Assembly: GCA_963776275.1 (NCBI GenBank)
Contig: CAVZMI010000006.1
Location: 102,453-166,452 of the forward strand
DNA: 64,000 nt
From: Ignavibacteriota bacterium
GTDB lineage: Bacteria; Bacteroidota; Ignavibacteria; UBA10030; CAVZMI01
Direction of reading: 5' to 3'
The position numbers and the translations under genes are program-made. The notes under the pieces are model-generated. The model was not told the origin of the DNA, made no database searches, and was given only the letters and a program-made list of their open reading frames with translations. How positions within the stretch are numbered: position 1 is the stretch's first letter; each line of letters begins with the position of its first letter. Shown here one piece after another: positions 1-10,598 of the stretch.

Positions 1-2108
1 GGCAGTATTCAGCCGCCCTCTTTTTTGTCAGTGTACAAATCGTATCAGCCATTACATTTTCAGGACGGAGGAAATATTCAACCTCCATATTAATATCCTT
101 ATCGTCGTACACATATTTCATGAAGCGGCCCCAGATCGGACCGACAGCCCGCGCTCCCTGTCCGTCCCAGTTATTGAAGTGAATCGATTTATTATCCCAT
201 CCGACCCAGCCGCCTGCGACAAGGTTTGGTGTAAATCCGATGAACCATGCATCGGCATATTCCTGTGTCGTTCCGGTCTTCCCCGCTGCAGGATAGCTGA
301 AGTATCGCCGCACGCCGGCGCCGGTTCCATAATTAATCACATCTTCCATCATCGTGGTCATGATGAATGCTGTTTCTTTGCTCAAGACCTCGTTCATCTC
401 AGCGGTACTATCTTCAATCACATTCCCGTCTTTATCCTCGATGCGCAGGACGGCATTCGGTTCCACAAAAACTCCTTCGTTGGCAAACACTCCGTAGGCG
501 GAGACAATTTCAAGGGGCGTCACTTCGCCTGTTCCCATGGCCAGCGATTCATATGGCGGAAGATCCGAATGAATTCCCATACGATGGGCATATTCTACAA
601 CCGTTTTCGCCGGTGCAATTTCCTGTGTGATCAACCGAGCCGTAATCAGGTTCACCGATTTTTCGAGACCTTCACGTAGCGTCATCTTCCCGCCGACACT
701 TCCATCGGCATTTGACGGGGTCCGACCGGGTCCCATCGGCGAGGATCACTGTGACAGGCTGGTTAAGAATTTCAAAACTCGGTGAATAACTGTTATCGAT
801 AGCAACGGTATAAACGAACGGTTTGAATGTCGAACCGGGCTGGCGATGAATTTGCGTGACGTGATTGAGTCCGTATTTGATGTTCTTATACGGATTCCCT
901 CCGACCATCGCAAGGATATTCCCGTTGCGCGGGTCAAGCGCCATGAACCCTACTTCAAGAGTCTGTGCAACTTTCCGGACAGAATCGATAAAAGCCGGAG
1001 TCGATTTTAACCGCTGGAACACCGATTTCCGAGCCTCGACTGTTTCTGCGCGCTGATATTCATCGCTCGATTTAATCGCCTTGTCGACCTCTTTAGCCAG
1101 AACATCGGCGTTGCTGGCCCATTTCCATTGACTATCAAAAAGTTTTTGATATTCCTTGAGATGCTCCATCACTGCACGGTTTGCATAACGCTGCATACGG
1201 CTGTCGAGCGTTGTGTAAATTGTCAACCCGTCCCGGTACAGATCGTATCCATGAAGCTTCGGATCTTTCGAAAGCTGCTGGCGAATCATCTCGACAAATT
1301 GCGGTGCGATGCCCGTGTTGAGCTCATCGACCGATCGAAGTTTCAACTCTATCGTGTGGGTCGAATCGAACCTCGCCTGTGAAATAAAGTTATACTTCAG
1401 CATCTGTGAAAGGACCGTGTTCCGCCGCTGATATGCACGTTCGGCGTGGTTGAACGGATCGTAGACCGCGGGTCCTTTTAATAACGCAACAAGTGTTGCG
1501 CATTCGGCGAGAGAAAGCTGTGTCGGCTCTTTTCCAAAATATATTTCCGCTGCCGCAGAGATGCCGTAGGCGCTCCGCCCAAAATAGGCCACATTGAGAT
1601 ATAGTTCGAGAATTTCTTTTTTTGTATATGTTCGTTCTATCTGGACAGCCGTAATAATTTCACGCATTTTCCGAACAATTTTATCAAGAAAATTTTCCTG
1701 ATGACTTTTTAGCTCATAGAGGTTCCGGGCAAGCTGCTGCGTGATTGTGCTTGCACCTTCGCGCATTTTGAAGGTAAGAAGATTTTTCACCTGTGCCTGA
1801 AGAAACCTGACGGCATCAACTCCCCAGTGATCGAAGAAATTTTTATCCTCCGTCGCAATCAGAGCATTAATCATCGTCAGGGGAATTTTATCTATTGTGA
1901 CGCGTGTTCGATTCTTAATATAATACTGATCGATCACTTCGCCGTCAATTGAAATCAATCGCGTCGCGAGTTCCGGACGCGGGTTTTCGAGCTCTTCCAG
2001 CGACGGGAGCCCGGATGCGATATAGATACTCCCAGCAATCACTATCGCCCCGACGACACTCAGTGTGATAATGATCTTGCGCTTGTGTTTTTCAAAAAAC
2101 TTACTCAC
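1..2108 (-). CDS. mrcA: Penicillin-binding protein 1A (transglycosylase/transpeptidase); apparent +1 frameshift at ~724; runs off the window edge
   Basis: N-terminal TM, GT51 motifs EDKNFFDHWG and GASTITQQLARN, SxxK motif QPGSTFKP. Removing one G at 724 continues the frame (RWTPSNADG...SVN...AAGKTGTTQ...) open to position 1. Confidence 0.93.
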
Positions 2109-2120
2109 CTATTATTCCCC

Positions 2121-2858
2121 CTATAATGTCTTCCAAGTTTTAAGATGAAGTTCCGTTTCATCAAACACTGCATACGAATTATGCACCATCCAATCACCGA
2201 GGTTGACATAGACTCCCTTCTCCATGAGGTGATACAACGGGATATGGCGATGCCCCATAATCACATAATCGAATCCCTCATTCAGCATTCGTTCCGCAAA
2301 CTCTTTCATTCCATCCCCTTCACCGTAATTCTTCGTATCGGTATAATCACGACTTTTTTTCGATACCATGCGTGCAATACCAAATGCCATCGTCGGATGA
2401 ATCATCGAAAAAAGAGCGACGGAGAGTTTGTTACGCAGTATCCGCCGTAATATCAGGTATCCCGTATCGTTTTTAGCAAATCCGTCTCCGTGAGCGATAT
2501 AGAACCGCCGGCCTGCGATCCCGAGCTCAAACGGTTTTTTTTCAATCTGAACCCCCAGCGCCTGTGGAAAAAATTTTCCAATCCAGAAATCATGGTTCCC
2601 GGCAAGAAACCGCACTTCAATTCCCCGCGATGTAAGCTGCTCGAGCTTCGTATAGAGCCTGTGATACCCGCGCGGAACGACATGCCGATACTCGAACCAG
2701 AAATCGAACAAATCGCCCGCGATGATCAGGCGTTCGCCCGTTGTCCTGACATGTTCAAGGAATCCGAGAAGCCGTTCCATCTTCGCTTCCTCGTTCTCGG
2801 GATGAGTCTTCGATTCAAGACCGAGATGGACGTTGGAGATAAAATACGTTAATGCCAT
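2121..2858 (-). CDS. lpxH: UDP-2,3-diacylglucosamine diphosphatase (LpxH-like metallophosphoesterase)
   Basis: GDLFDFWFEY, GNHDFW, HGDG, MGHRH and NLGDW motifs; first motif reads ISNVHLG. Confidence 0.85.
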   Translation of the reverse strand: MALTYFISNVHLGLESKTHPENEEAKMERLLGFLEHVRTTGERLIIAGDLFDFWFEYRHVVPRGYHRLYTKLEQLTSRGIEVRFLAGNHDFWIGKFFPQALGVQIEKKPFELGIAGRRFYIAHGDGFAKNDTGYLILRRILRNKLSVALFSMIHPTMAFGIARMVSKKSRDYTDTKNYGEGDGMKEFAERMLNEGFDYVIMGHRHIPLYHLMEKGVYVNLGDWMVHNSYAVFDETELHLKTWKTL

Positions 2859-2866
2859 TGTGAAAA

Positions 2867-4144
2867 TCAAGTGAATGTTTTTTCATAATTTTCTTCATAC
2901 GGTTCATGCTCCTTCACCCGTTGAAGCAGCAATAAACCGATGAGGAAAAATAGACCGATGGAAACAACTGCAAATCGCTCGCTTCCTGTAAGATACGAAA
3001 TAAATCCAAAGAGAAACGTCCCGATAACAGCCGATGCCTTCCCGCAGAGGCCGTCATAAAATCCAAAGAATTCAGCCTCTCGCTCTTTAGGCGTCAGCTG
3101 TGCCATAAAACTCCTGCTCGCCGATTGGGTTCCTCCCAGGCAGGCCCCGGCAAACAATCCTATGACATAAAAGAATGTTTTCGACGTTGTGAAATATGCA
3201 CCGATGACAATCGCACACCAGATTAAAAGCGACAGAGTGATAGTTCTCTTCGGTCCGTAGTGGTCGGTTAATACACCGAAGAGCACCGAACCAAGGATTG
3301 CTGTTGTCTGCACAACTGCAAAGAATGCCAGCACTTCCTGAAGTGAGAAATTTAACGATGTCCGGGCAAAGAGAGAAGAAAATGCGATCACCGAGAGGAT
3401 GCCGTCGTTGTACAGAAAGAATGCAAGAAGAAATCGGGCGACGTTTCGATAGTGACGCAGATGCTTCACAGTGTCGTTCACACGATGAAGACCTTCACGG
3501 ACATACGACAGACCCTTACCGTCGTTCCGGGAACGATCGCGCAAAAAGAGAAACAGCGGTATAGAAAACACCAGGAAGAAAAGTGCCGCAATGACAAAGC
3601 TGAACCGGATGGATGGAAGGTTCGATGAAGTAAAACCTGACTGATACAACGGCATCGCAATCAATAACGTTGCAAGCGAACCGACATATCCCATAGCAAA
3701 CCCGTAGCCTGAAACACGTCCGTAGCTTTTCTCTGTCGTCAAACCTGGTAGGAATGCATCATAGAATACCAGTCCCCCTTCGAAACCCATATTGGCAAGA
3801 ATAAAAAGCACCATTGCCCATGCAATCATCCCCGCCTTGAGAAAATACATCAATGCCGTACAGAGAATTGAAACAACTGTAAAAACAAAAAGGAATTGTT
3901 TTTTCCGATGCGAATAATCACTCGCGGCTCCGAGCACGGGAGAAATTGCGGCCGTCAGGAACATCGAAATACTTACCGTCACGCCCCAGAGAAAATCTCC
4001 ATATTCGCCGCCGCCCACAATGATTTCTTTAAAATAGAGCGAGAATCCGACCGTAACAATAAGGACGGAAAACGATGTATTTGCAAAATCGAAGAGAGTC
4101 CAAACGGCAATCTGCGATCGTGGACTTTTAAGCATTGGCATCAA
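2867..4144 (-). CDS. MFS transporter, UMF1/ATG22-like family
   Basis: WTLFDFANT N-terminal motif, ~12 hydrophobic segments, GGTQSASRS motif. Confidence 0.85.
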   Translation of the reverse strand: MMPMLKSPRSQIAVWTLFDFANTSFSVLIVTVGFSLYFKEIIVGGGEYGDFLWGVTVSISMFLTAAISPVLGAASDYSHRKKQFLFVFTVVSILCTALMYFLKAGMIAWAMVLFILANMGFEGGLVFYDAFLPGLTTEKSYGRVSGYGFAMGYVGSLATLLIAMPLYQSGFTSSNLPSIRFSFVIAALFFLVFSIPLFLFLRDRSRNDGKGLSYVREGLHRVNDTVKHLRHYRNVARFLLAFFLYNDGILSVIAFSSLFARTSLNFSLQEVLAFFAVVQTTAILGSVLFGVLTDHYGPKRTITLSLLIWCAIVIGAYFTTSKTFFYVIGLFAGACLGGTQSASRSFMAQLTPKEREAEFFGFYDGLCGKASAVIGTFLFGFISYLTGSERFAVVSIGLFFLIGLLLLQRVKEHEPYEENYEKTFT

Positions 4145-4623
4145 TGACCCTTTTTCTTTTTTTCGGGAAGACTCATTCCCATAAGGCCGCGTCCGGTTTT
4201 TACAAGAGTCCCGTCACGCATCATATCTTCAAGGATTGCATCCAAGACGCCGTTGACGAATTTCCCGCTTTTCTCCGTACTGAATTCTTTGGCAATTTCA
4301 ATTGCTTCATTGATCGTGACCTTCGGCGGGATGTCCGGACAGTACATGAGCTCACTTATGCCGAGACGAAGAACCAATCGATCGATGATTGCGAGACGAT
4401 TGAATTCCCAGTTGTCGACTTTCGCCCGGATTCGTTTATCAGCAGTTATCTGATGCTGAACTGTTTTATAGAGAATTTCTTTGGCAAATTCAAATGCTTC
4501 TCTATCCTTCCGCAGTTCGCCGAGAATATTCTCCACAATATTTGTTATGGGTTCCCGGGAAAGCTCATATGCGTACAGAGCCTGTAATACTTTTTCACGA
4601 ATAATACGACGTTTATAGAGCAT
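4141..4623 (-). CDS. nusB: Transcription antitermination factor NusB
   Basis: RRIIREKVLQALY, IDRLVLRL, PPKVTINEAIEIAK, FVNGVLD. Confidence 0.97.
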   Translation of the reverse strand: MLYKRRIIREKVLQALYAYELSREPITNIVENILGELRKDREAFEFAKEILYKTVQHQITADKRIRAKVDNWEFNRLAIIDRLVLRLGISELMYCPDIPPKVTINEAIEIAKEFSTEKSGKFVNGVLDAILEDMMRDGTLVKTGRGLMGMSLPEKKKKGH

Positions 4624-4672
4624 TGTTATTGCTTTCTTCTTCCGCCGTGTACTTTAATAAAAAGAGGCAGAT

Positions 4673-5488
4673 CTAATTCATTGTTCGGGAACGATCTTCT
4701 CCCTCTGATAATTCTACCGGAGTAATTGTGATGCGCGGAACGTTATTCCACGGATGCCTGTCGACCAGGACAGGCGTTCCGAATACCCGGGAAATTAGTG
4801 GCGATGTCAGCACTTCTATCGGAGTTCCGAGAGCGGCTATTTCACCTTCGTGAAGCATGAGGATGCGATCGCTGTAGACGGCCGTTAGATTGAGATCATG
4901 AGAGACTGAAATGACAGTCAACGCCTGCCGGGTCTTAAGGTGTTTGATAATCGTAAAGATACTCAACTGATGAGCTATATCGAGGTGAGTATTCGGTTCA
5001 TCCAGAAGAAGAATCGACGCCTGTTGTGCAAGTGCACGGGCGAGGTATGCCCGTTGCCGTTCACCGCCCGAGAGTGCGGTGATGGGATGATCCGCAAGAT
5101 CTCCGATATCAGTCAGTTCCATCATCTCACGTGCAATCGCAATATCTGCGGGGCGTTCGAATCCGATTCCGCGAAGATGGGGAGATCTCCCCATTAATAC
5201 AACCTCCATCACGGTAAATGGAAAAACTGTAGGGTGATCCTGCGGAACATAGGCGATACGACGGGCAATATCGGCATGAGAATAGCCTGAAAGCTTCAGA
5301 TCGTCAAGTAGAATGCGACCTGATGACGGCGAATGCAACCGGGCAAGCAACCGCAACAATGTAGTTTTTCCGGATCCATTCGGTCCTATCAGGCTGAGGA
5401 ATTCTCCTGTCTGGACTTCGAACGATATATGTTGAAGAACGGGACGAACCGTATACCAAAACGAGACATTCTCGATTCTCAGGTTCAC
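4673..5488 (-). CDS. Iron-chelate/cobalamin-family ABC transporter ATP-binding subunit
   Basis: Walker A GPNGSGKTT, LSGGERQR signature, LLLDEP, SHDLN; GTG start with GGAG RBS. Confidence 0.9.
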   Translation of the reverse strand: MNLRIENVSFWYTVRPVLQHISFEVQTGEFLSLIGPNGSGKTTLLRLLARLHSPSSGRILLDDLKLSGYSHADIARRIAYVPQDHPTVFPFTVMEVVLMGRSPHLRGIGFERPADIAIAREMMELTDIGDLADHPITALSGGERQRAYLARALAQQASILLLDEPNTHLDIAHQLSIFTIIKHLKTRQALTVISVSHDLNLTAVYSDRILMLHEGEIAALGTPIEVLTSPLISRVFGTPVLVDRHPWNNVPRITITPVELSEGEDRSRTMN

Positions 5489-5614
5489 TCTTACTCCATA
5501 CGAACAAGTAAATTAACGAGTTCACCAATGTTCACAGGGGAATCTCTTTCATTAATGAAATTACGGAATATTCTGGAGGAAGGCAATTCAGTGAAACAGT
5601 CCCTCTCCATGGTA

Positions 5615-5643
5615 TTGACAAAGAGAATCTATTGTGCTATATT
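5615..5643 (+). promoter_or_regulatory. sigma70-type promoter for the beta-barrel/cyclase pair
   Basis: TTGACA (5615-5620), 17-nt spacer, extended -10 TG-c-TATATT (5635-5643). Confidence 0.7.
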
Positions 5644-5716
5644 TTTTTGTCCTTTTTTAAAGAAGATACCAATATCCATATCGATCCAACCTCTTCAAAC
5701 TTTACGGGGAACATTT

Positions 5717-8140
5717 ATGCAAACTCTCGCGATTCTTCCTCGATTTATCTTCATTACTGCCTTTTTGGGAATGCTGATATTTTTACCGGCAGAAGCGCAG
5801 GTTTCCGGGAAGGTTCTTTCCACAAAGGCTGCCGATACCAATGAAGGGAATGACATCACTATTACTGCCGAGATCGTACCGGGTGCCAATATTGCACAGT
5901 TTTTCCTCATGTACCGGCAATATGGTCAGAGCGAATTCCGTCAGGCAGAGATGACGTATAGAGCAACCATAGCGACCGGTATTATTTCCAGCGCGAATGT
6001 GACTCCACCTTTTATCGAGTACTATATCCTCCTTCAATTAAAAGATGGGACGACCGAAACGTACCCTCTTCAAAACCCCGATGCTAATCCGTTACGTGTA
6101 ACCGTCATCGGACGTTCGGAGAAAGACCGCGAAGCCATCATTCTCAGTCCGGAAAAGGACGAACGCCTATCGAAGGAAGATCTCTTCATTTCAATCTCAT
6201 TGATTTATGCAAGTTCGAATGTCGATAAGAGCGCAACAAAATTATTCATCGACGGCATTGACGTAACAGCTAATGCTATTATCAGTAATGATGTTCTTAC
6301 ATACATCGCCGATAATTTTCCGGGAACTCTTGCGGCAGGGACACATACTTTTCGCGTTGAGCTACGCACACCGGGCGGCGAGCTGTACCATACTGTGAGC
6401 AGTTCGTTCTCCGTTGTCACCGTAGCAGTATTGGCAACCGAGGGGCGTGCATTTAAGTACGGGGTTTCTCTTCAAGCCGAGGCACGTAACGAAAGAATCA
6501 GCAACGTCGGCACGTGGTACAATCGTATTAGTCTTCGCCTCAACGGCGGCTGGCCGAGCGCGACATTCAATTCATACATTCACATAACTTCCGAGGAAAA
6601 GGAATACCGCCAGCCGCAAAACCGGTACTCCATATCCGGAGAAACAAGCTGGTTGAAAGTCGGACTCGGCGATGTGTATCCAGTTTTTCCAAGTCTGATT
6701 CTAAACGGACAGCGCGTGCGCGGCGTATCGGGCAATCTTATCCTTGGAGTTTTTCACCTGGATGTAGCATACGGTGAAGCTGTTCGCGGTATTGAAGGAA
6801 CGGAAAGAGCGCGTTTCCGTAAGGACACGCTGGCATATGTGCCATCAAACAGCCAACTTCTCAGCGGACCCGATTCGAACTACTATGCCCAGTATTATTA
6901 CGGAACATACAAACGGAACTTATTTGCAATTCGTCCAAGCTTCGGGAAAGGCGAGAATTTCCGTATAGGTTTCAATTATCTGCACTCGATTGACGATAAA
7001 AATTCGATCAAATTCAGCGTGAGACCGGCGGAAAATCTGGTTCTAGGATCGGATCTGCTTTTTGGTCTCGATAACCAACGATTCCTTTTCACGGCTCAGG
7101 CTGCAATAAGTGTGATGAACAATGATATTACAAGCGGCGATATAACCGATGCACGTATCGATTCGCTATTCGGTCCCGGTAAATCTTTTGAGGGAGATCC
7201 GCAAACTGTCAAGGACTTGAAAAAATTTGCATCACCTTTTATTACCGTCAATGAGAACCTGTCTCCGCTCGATCCGTCGAAAGGCGGCTCGCTGGCTTAC
7301 GAGGCCGCACTCAGTCTGAATTATTTTGGCAACTATCTTAAAGCAAGCTACATTTCACGCGGCGGCGAATATCACTCGTTCGGGCAGCTCTATCTCCGCA
7401 CCGATGTTGCAGGATTTAATATCATAGACCGGCTACGACTACTCGAGAATACACTCTTCCTTGCGGGGAATCTTGAACTTTTAAAAGATAACCTGAATAA
7501 TACAAAAATTGCTACAACCGATTTTACCAATTTCAATTTCTCAGTCTCGTACTATCCACGGATCAATTTCCCGAATGTTACGGTTGGCGTCGGCGGGTAC
7601 GGTAATAATAACAATCTCAACCTGCATGGTAGCGATTCTCTGAGTGCCATTGACAACATGACAATGCGTTTTTTCACACAACTGGGATATGATTTCACAT
7701 ATTACGCACGGCATAGTACGAGTCTTAGCATCAGCGCACTGAATACCGACGATCGTACACTGGCAAAGCTCAATATGAAAAATACAGTAATTGCGGCCGG
7801 TGTGACTACAACCTATAAGATACCCCTGCAGACAACGGTAAATCTGACCCTTAACTTTAATACTTTGCCCTATCTCTCTTCAGATACATCTACCGGTACA
7901 TCAAAGTACAACTATACGACACTCATGCTCAACGGAACCTATCGCTTCCTCGGAGAGAAGCTTAGTGTGGGAGCGACGGTAAGCCCCACTTTCGGCGATT
8001 TGAAGCGAACGCTTTTTGAGCTGGTGTCGCAATATCAGTTCACAACACAGCAGAGTCTTTCATTCCAATTTTACCTGATTAATAATCCAGGATCAAAGAA
8101 TGATATTATTGCCAGTCTTGTCTACCGGCTCGATCTTTAA
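5717..8140 (+). CDS. Large exported protein, probable outer-membrane beta-barrel with N-terminal Ig-like domains
   Basis: Signal peptide from ATG 5717 (MQTLAIL...AEA/Q); alternating beta-strand pattern in the C-terminal two-thirds, ending LVYRLDL. The ORF-track start at 5333 overlaps the divergent gene and promoter. Confidence 0.7.
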   Translation: MQTLAILPRFIFITAFLGMLIFLPAEAQVSGKVLSTKAADTNEGNDITITAEIVPGANIAQFFLMYRQYGQSEFRQAEMTYRATIATGIISSANVTPPFIEYYILLQLKDGTTETYPLQNPDANPLRVTVIGRSEKDREAIILSPEKDERLSKEDLFISISLIYASSNVDKSATKLFIDGIDVTANAIISNDVLTYIADNFPGTLAAGTHTFRVELRTPGGELYHTVSSSFSVVTVAVLATEGRAFKYGVSLQAEARNERISNVGTWYNRISLRLNGGWPSATFNSYIHITSEEKEYRQPQNRYSISGETSWLKVGLGDVYPVFPSLILNGQRVRGVSGNLILGVFHLDVAYGEAVRGIEGTERARFRKDTLAYVPSNSQLLSGPDSNYYAQYYYGTYKRNLFAIRPSFGKGENFRIGFNYLHSIDDKNSIKFSVRPAENLVLGSDLLFGLDNQRFLFTAQAAISVMNNDITSGDITDARIDSLFGPGKSFEGDPQTVKDLKKFASPFITVNENLSPLDPSKGGSLAYEAALSLNYFGNYLKASYISRGGEYHSFGQLYLRTDVAGFNIIDRLRLLENTLFLAGNLELLKDNLNNTKIATTDFTNFNFSVSYYPRINFPNVTVGVGGYGNNNNLNLHGSDSLSAIDNMTMRFFTQLGYDFTYYARHSTSLSISALNTDDRTLAKLNMKNTVIAAGVTTTYKIPLQTTVNLTLNFNTLPYLSSDTSTGTSKYNYTTLMLNGTYRFLGEKLSVGATVSPTFGDLKRTLFELVSQYQFTTQQSLSFQFYLINNPGSKNDIIASLVYRLDL

Positions 8141-8176
8141 TCGAGCCGGTCAGAATTTCACCGACTTCTTGCGTGA

Positions 8177-10387
8177 ATGAAAAAGCTCCAGTTCCAGACT
8201 CCATCGAAGAACATTTCTGCTCTCCGGCTTCTTGTCGGTGTGGTGTTCTCACTCTGTCTTGTCCTCATTACACGGAATATATTTTTTGATATTTCATTTT
8301 TGAGCGATCTTGAGCTTCTCACAATCGATTACCGTTTTCAGTATCGCGGTACTGTCCGAGACCTTACAACGAATCCGGATGTGATCATTTGTGAAATATC
8401 CGACGATGCAATCAAAGCCCTGCCGACAAAATTCCCGTGGCCGTATTCGTATTATGCACGTGCAATACGTAATTTGAACCGTGCCGGCGCAAAGGTTATC
8501 GCGTTTGATATCATCTGGGATACGCCGGTCGGTCCTGAACAGGAACGCGACTACCGTGAACTCTGGAATGCTATCCACACGGCCGGTAACGTGGTTCTTG
8601 GCGGACGGGCTGAAGTCAACATCGGCACAGGCAAATACACTATAAAGAGAACTGCTGAAAATTTTAATAATATTTTTTTCGATGCTGACAGCATTATAGG
8701 AATTGTGAATTTAAGAAACGACCGCGACGGCATTTTCCGGCGATATCAGCCGTTCACATATATCAGTGAAACACAGGTGCCCACATTCGCATCCGCAATT
8801 CTGCAGACATCTTTAGGAATACCACGTGGAACACCGATTTCGTATTCACGCAAGTCGTTCTTGATCGGAGATCGCGTAGTTCCGAATTTTGACGGTACCT
8901 CGGTTGCAATTAACTATTATGGACCGACACGGACGTTCAAATATCTCCAGTTTTCCGACGTGATGGATGATAAGGATTTCAAAACGCGTGACGAGCTTGC
9001 AATGGGAGTCGATGTTAATACTTTTGATGATCCGGATTTTGGATATATAAAGTCCGGCCTTTTTAAAAACAGAATTGTTCTTATCGGTTCATCTCTCCCT
9101 GAATTTAAAGACCTTCTTCCGGTTCCCATCCCGAACAGCGCCGAGGCAGGAGATAATCTTACCAACGGAGTCGAGGTTCATGCCACTGTGGTTCAGAATA
9201 TGCTGGATCAGTTTTATATCCGGCATATCTCTCCATGGATAGAGGTTCCTCTGTTTACACTCCTAGGCGTGTTGACGATGATTGCGATATTCCAGCTCAC
9301 GCATATAAAGACACGCTTCACTTTTTTTATCGAAATAGGTACGATCATTTTCGTACTTCTGTCCGTCGCTCTCATTGCATATATTGCCCTTGAACTCTTT
9401 ACTCGCTCATCGCTGCTCCTGAACATTGTCTGTCCTGCAATCACGATCTCTGCGAATTACATCGGGATTACCGCCTATCGATATATTGTTGAGCGAAGGC
9501 AAAAAGCAATGATCAAAGGGATGTTCAGTCTCTATCTTCATCCGGATATCGTTAACGAAATCATCTCTCATCCGGAAAAATTACGTCTGGGCGGTGACAA
9601 AAAAGAACTCACGGTGATGTTCAGCGATATCGCCAATTTCACCACGATATCGGAAGATATGCAGCCGGAAGAGCTAGTGCTGCTCCTGAACGATTTTCTG
9701 AGTCTTATGACCGAGATCGTCAAGAAACACCATGGAACACTCGATAAATATGTCGGCGATGCAATCATCGCCTTCTGGGGTGCTCCGGCTTCCCAGGACG
9801 ACCACGCACTCCGTGCTTGCAAAACCGCGCTGGATATGCAGAGGATACTTGAACAGTTGCGTGGCAAACTGGTCGCCGAAAATAAACCTGTGCTTACGAT
9901 TCGCATCGGTTTAAGCACAGGTAAAATGGTCGTAGGAAACATGGGCGGGAAGGAACGGTTTGCATATACCGTTATCGGCGATAGTGTCAACCTTGGCTCC
10001 CGCCTCGAAGGAGCGAACAAGCAATACGGCACGCGTATTTTGATCAGCGAAAATACATACGAGAAAGTGAAGAACGACGTCATCGCACGCGAGGTCGACT
10101 TGCTTGTTGTAAAGGGAAAGACCGCACCGGTTCGCACCTACGAGCTTATTTCACTCGCAAGTGATGGAATCAGCGACGAGCAACGCCGGGTGATCGACCA
10201 TTTCACCAGAGGACTTGCACTCTTTCGAAACCGCGAGTTCGGCAAAGCAATACAATGTTTCGAGGACGCTCTGGCGATCGATCCGGAAGATCATCCCTCG
10301 CAGCTCTATATCGAGCGTTCACAACTCTATCTCGACACACCCCCACCGCCGGATTGGGATGGGGTGTTCGTCATGAAGACAAAATAG
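8177..10387 (+). CDS. CHASE2-domain class III adenylate/guanylate cyclase with C-terminal TPR
   Basis: CHASE2 motifs (DYRFQYRG, GAKVIAFDI, GVEVHA), 3 TM helices, cyclase motifs FSDIANFT, DKYVGDAI, YTVIGDSVNLGSRLEG, VKGK; ends WDGVFVMKTK. Confidence 0.93.
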   Translation: MKKLQFQTPSKNISALRLLVGVVFSLCLVLITRNIFFDISFLSDLELLTIDYRFQYRGTVRDLTTNPDVIICEISDDAIKALPTKFPWPYSYYARAIRNLNRAGAKVIAFDIIWDTPVGPEQERDYRELWNAIHTAGNVVLGGRAEVNIGTGKYTIKRTAENFNNIFFDADSIIGIVNLRNDRDGIFRRYQPFTYISETQVPTFASAILQTSLGIPRGTPISYSRKSFLIGDRVVPNFDGTSVAINYYGPTRTFKYLQFSDVMDDKDFKTRDELAMGVDVNTFDDPDFGYIKSGLFKNRIVLIGSSLPEFKDLLPVPIPNSAEAGDNLTNGVEVHATVVQNMLDQFYIRHISPWIEVPLFTLLGVLTMIAIFQLTHIKTRFTFFIEIGTIIFVLLSVALIAYIALELFTRSSLLLNIVCPAITISANYIGITAYRYIVERRQKAMIKGMFSLYLHPDIVNEIISHPEKLRLGGDKKELTVMFSDIANFTTISEDMQPEELVLLLNDFLSLMTEIVKKHHGTLDKYVGDAIIAFWGAPASQDDHALRACKTALDMQRILEQLRGKLVAENKPVLTIRIGLSTGKMVVGNMGGKERFAYTVIGDSVNLGSRLEGANKQYGTRILISENTYEKVKNDVIAREVDLLVVKGKTAPVRTYELISLASDGISDEQRRVIDHFTRGLALFRNREFGKAIQCFEDALAIDPEDHPSQLYIERSQLYLDTPPPPDWDGVFVMKTK

Positions 10388-10404
10388 AAACAGGTTAAGG
10401 TTAA

Positions 10405-10553
10405 CCCTTCGAAGCTCTGCTGGCGCGGAGCTCTCGCCTCGCTCCCCGTCTCGCCTTCGGCTCTCTGAGGTGGACGTTTGGCGGAGCGGGTCGGCGGAAT
10501 TCGCTCCACATAATGGTCCCCTTCGACATGCCTGCGGCGTGCTCAGGGTAAAC
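10405..10553. repeat. Composite GC-rich REP-like palindromic element
   Basis: 10433-10493 is the reverse complement of 46001-46061 (56/61 identical by hand alignment); includes CCCTTCGAC...GCTCAGGGTAAA. Confidence 0.75.
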
Positions 10554-10598
10554 TTTAGTACAGGGCAAGGATTGAGGTCGGGATTAAAACTGAAAAGA

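Noticed and set aside
179-679. Plus-strand 166-aa ORF and the many other antisense or overlapping ORFs in the track
   Set aside because: Shadow frames of well-supported genes (here the PBP1A C-terminal half) with no independent motifs.
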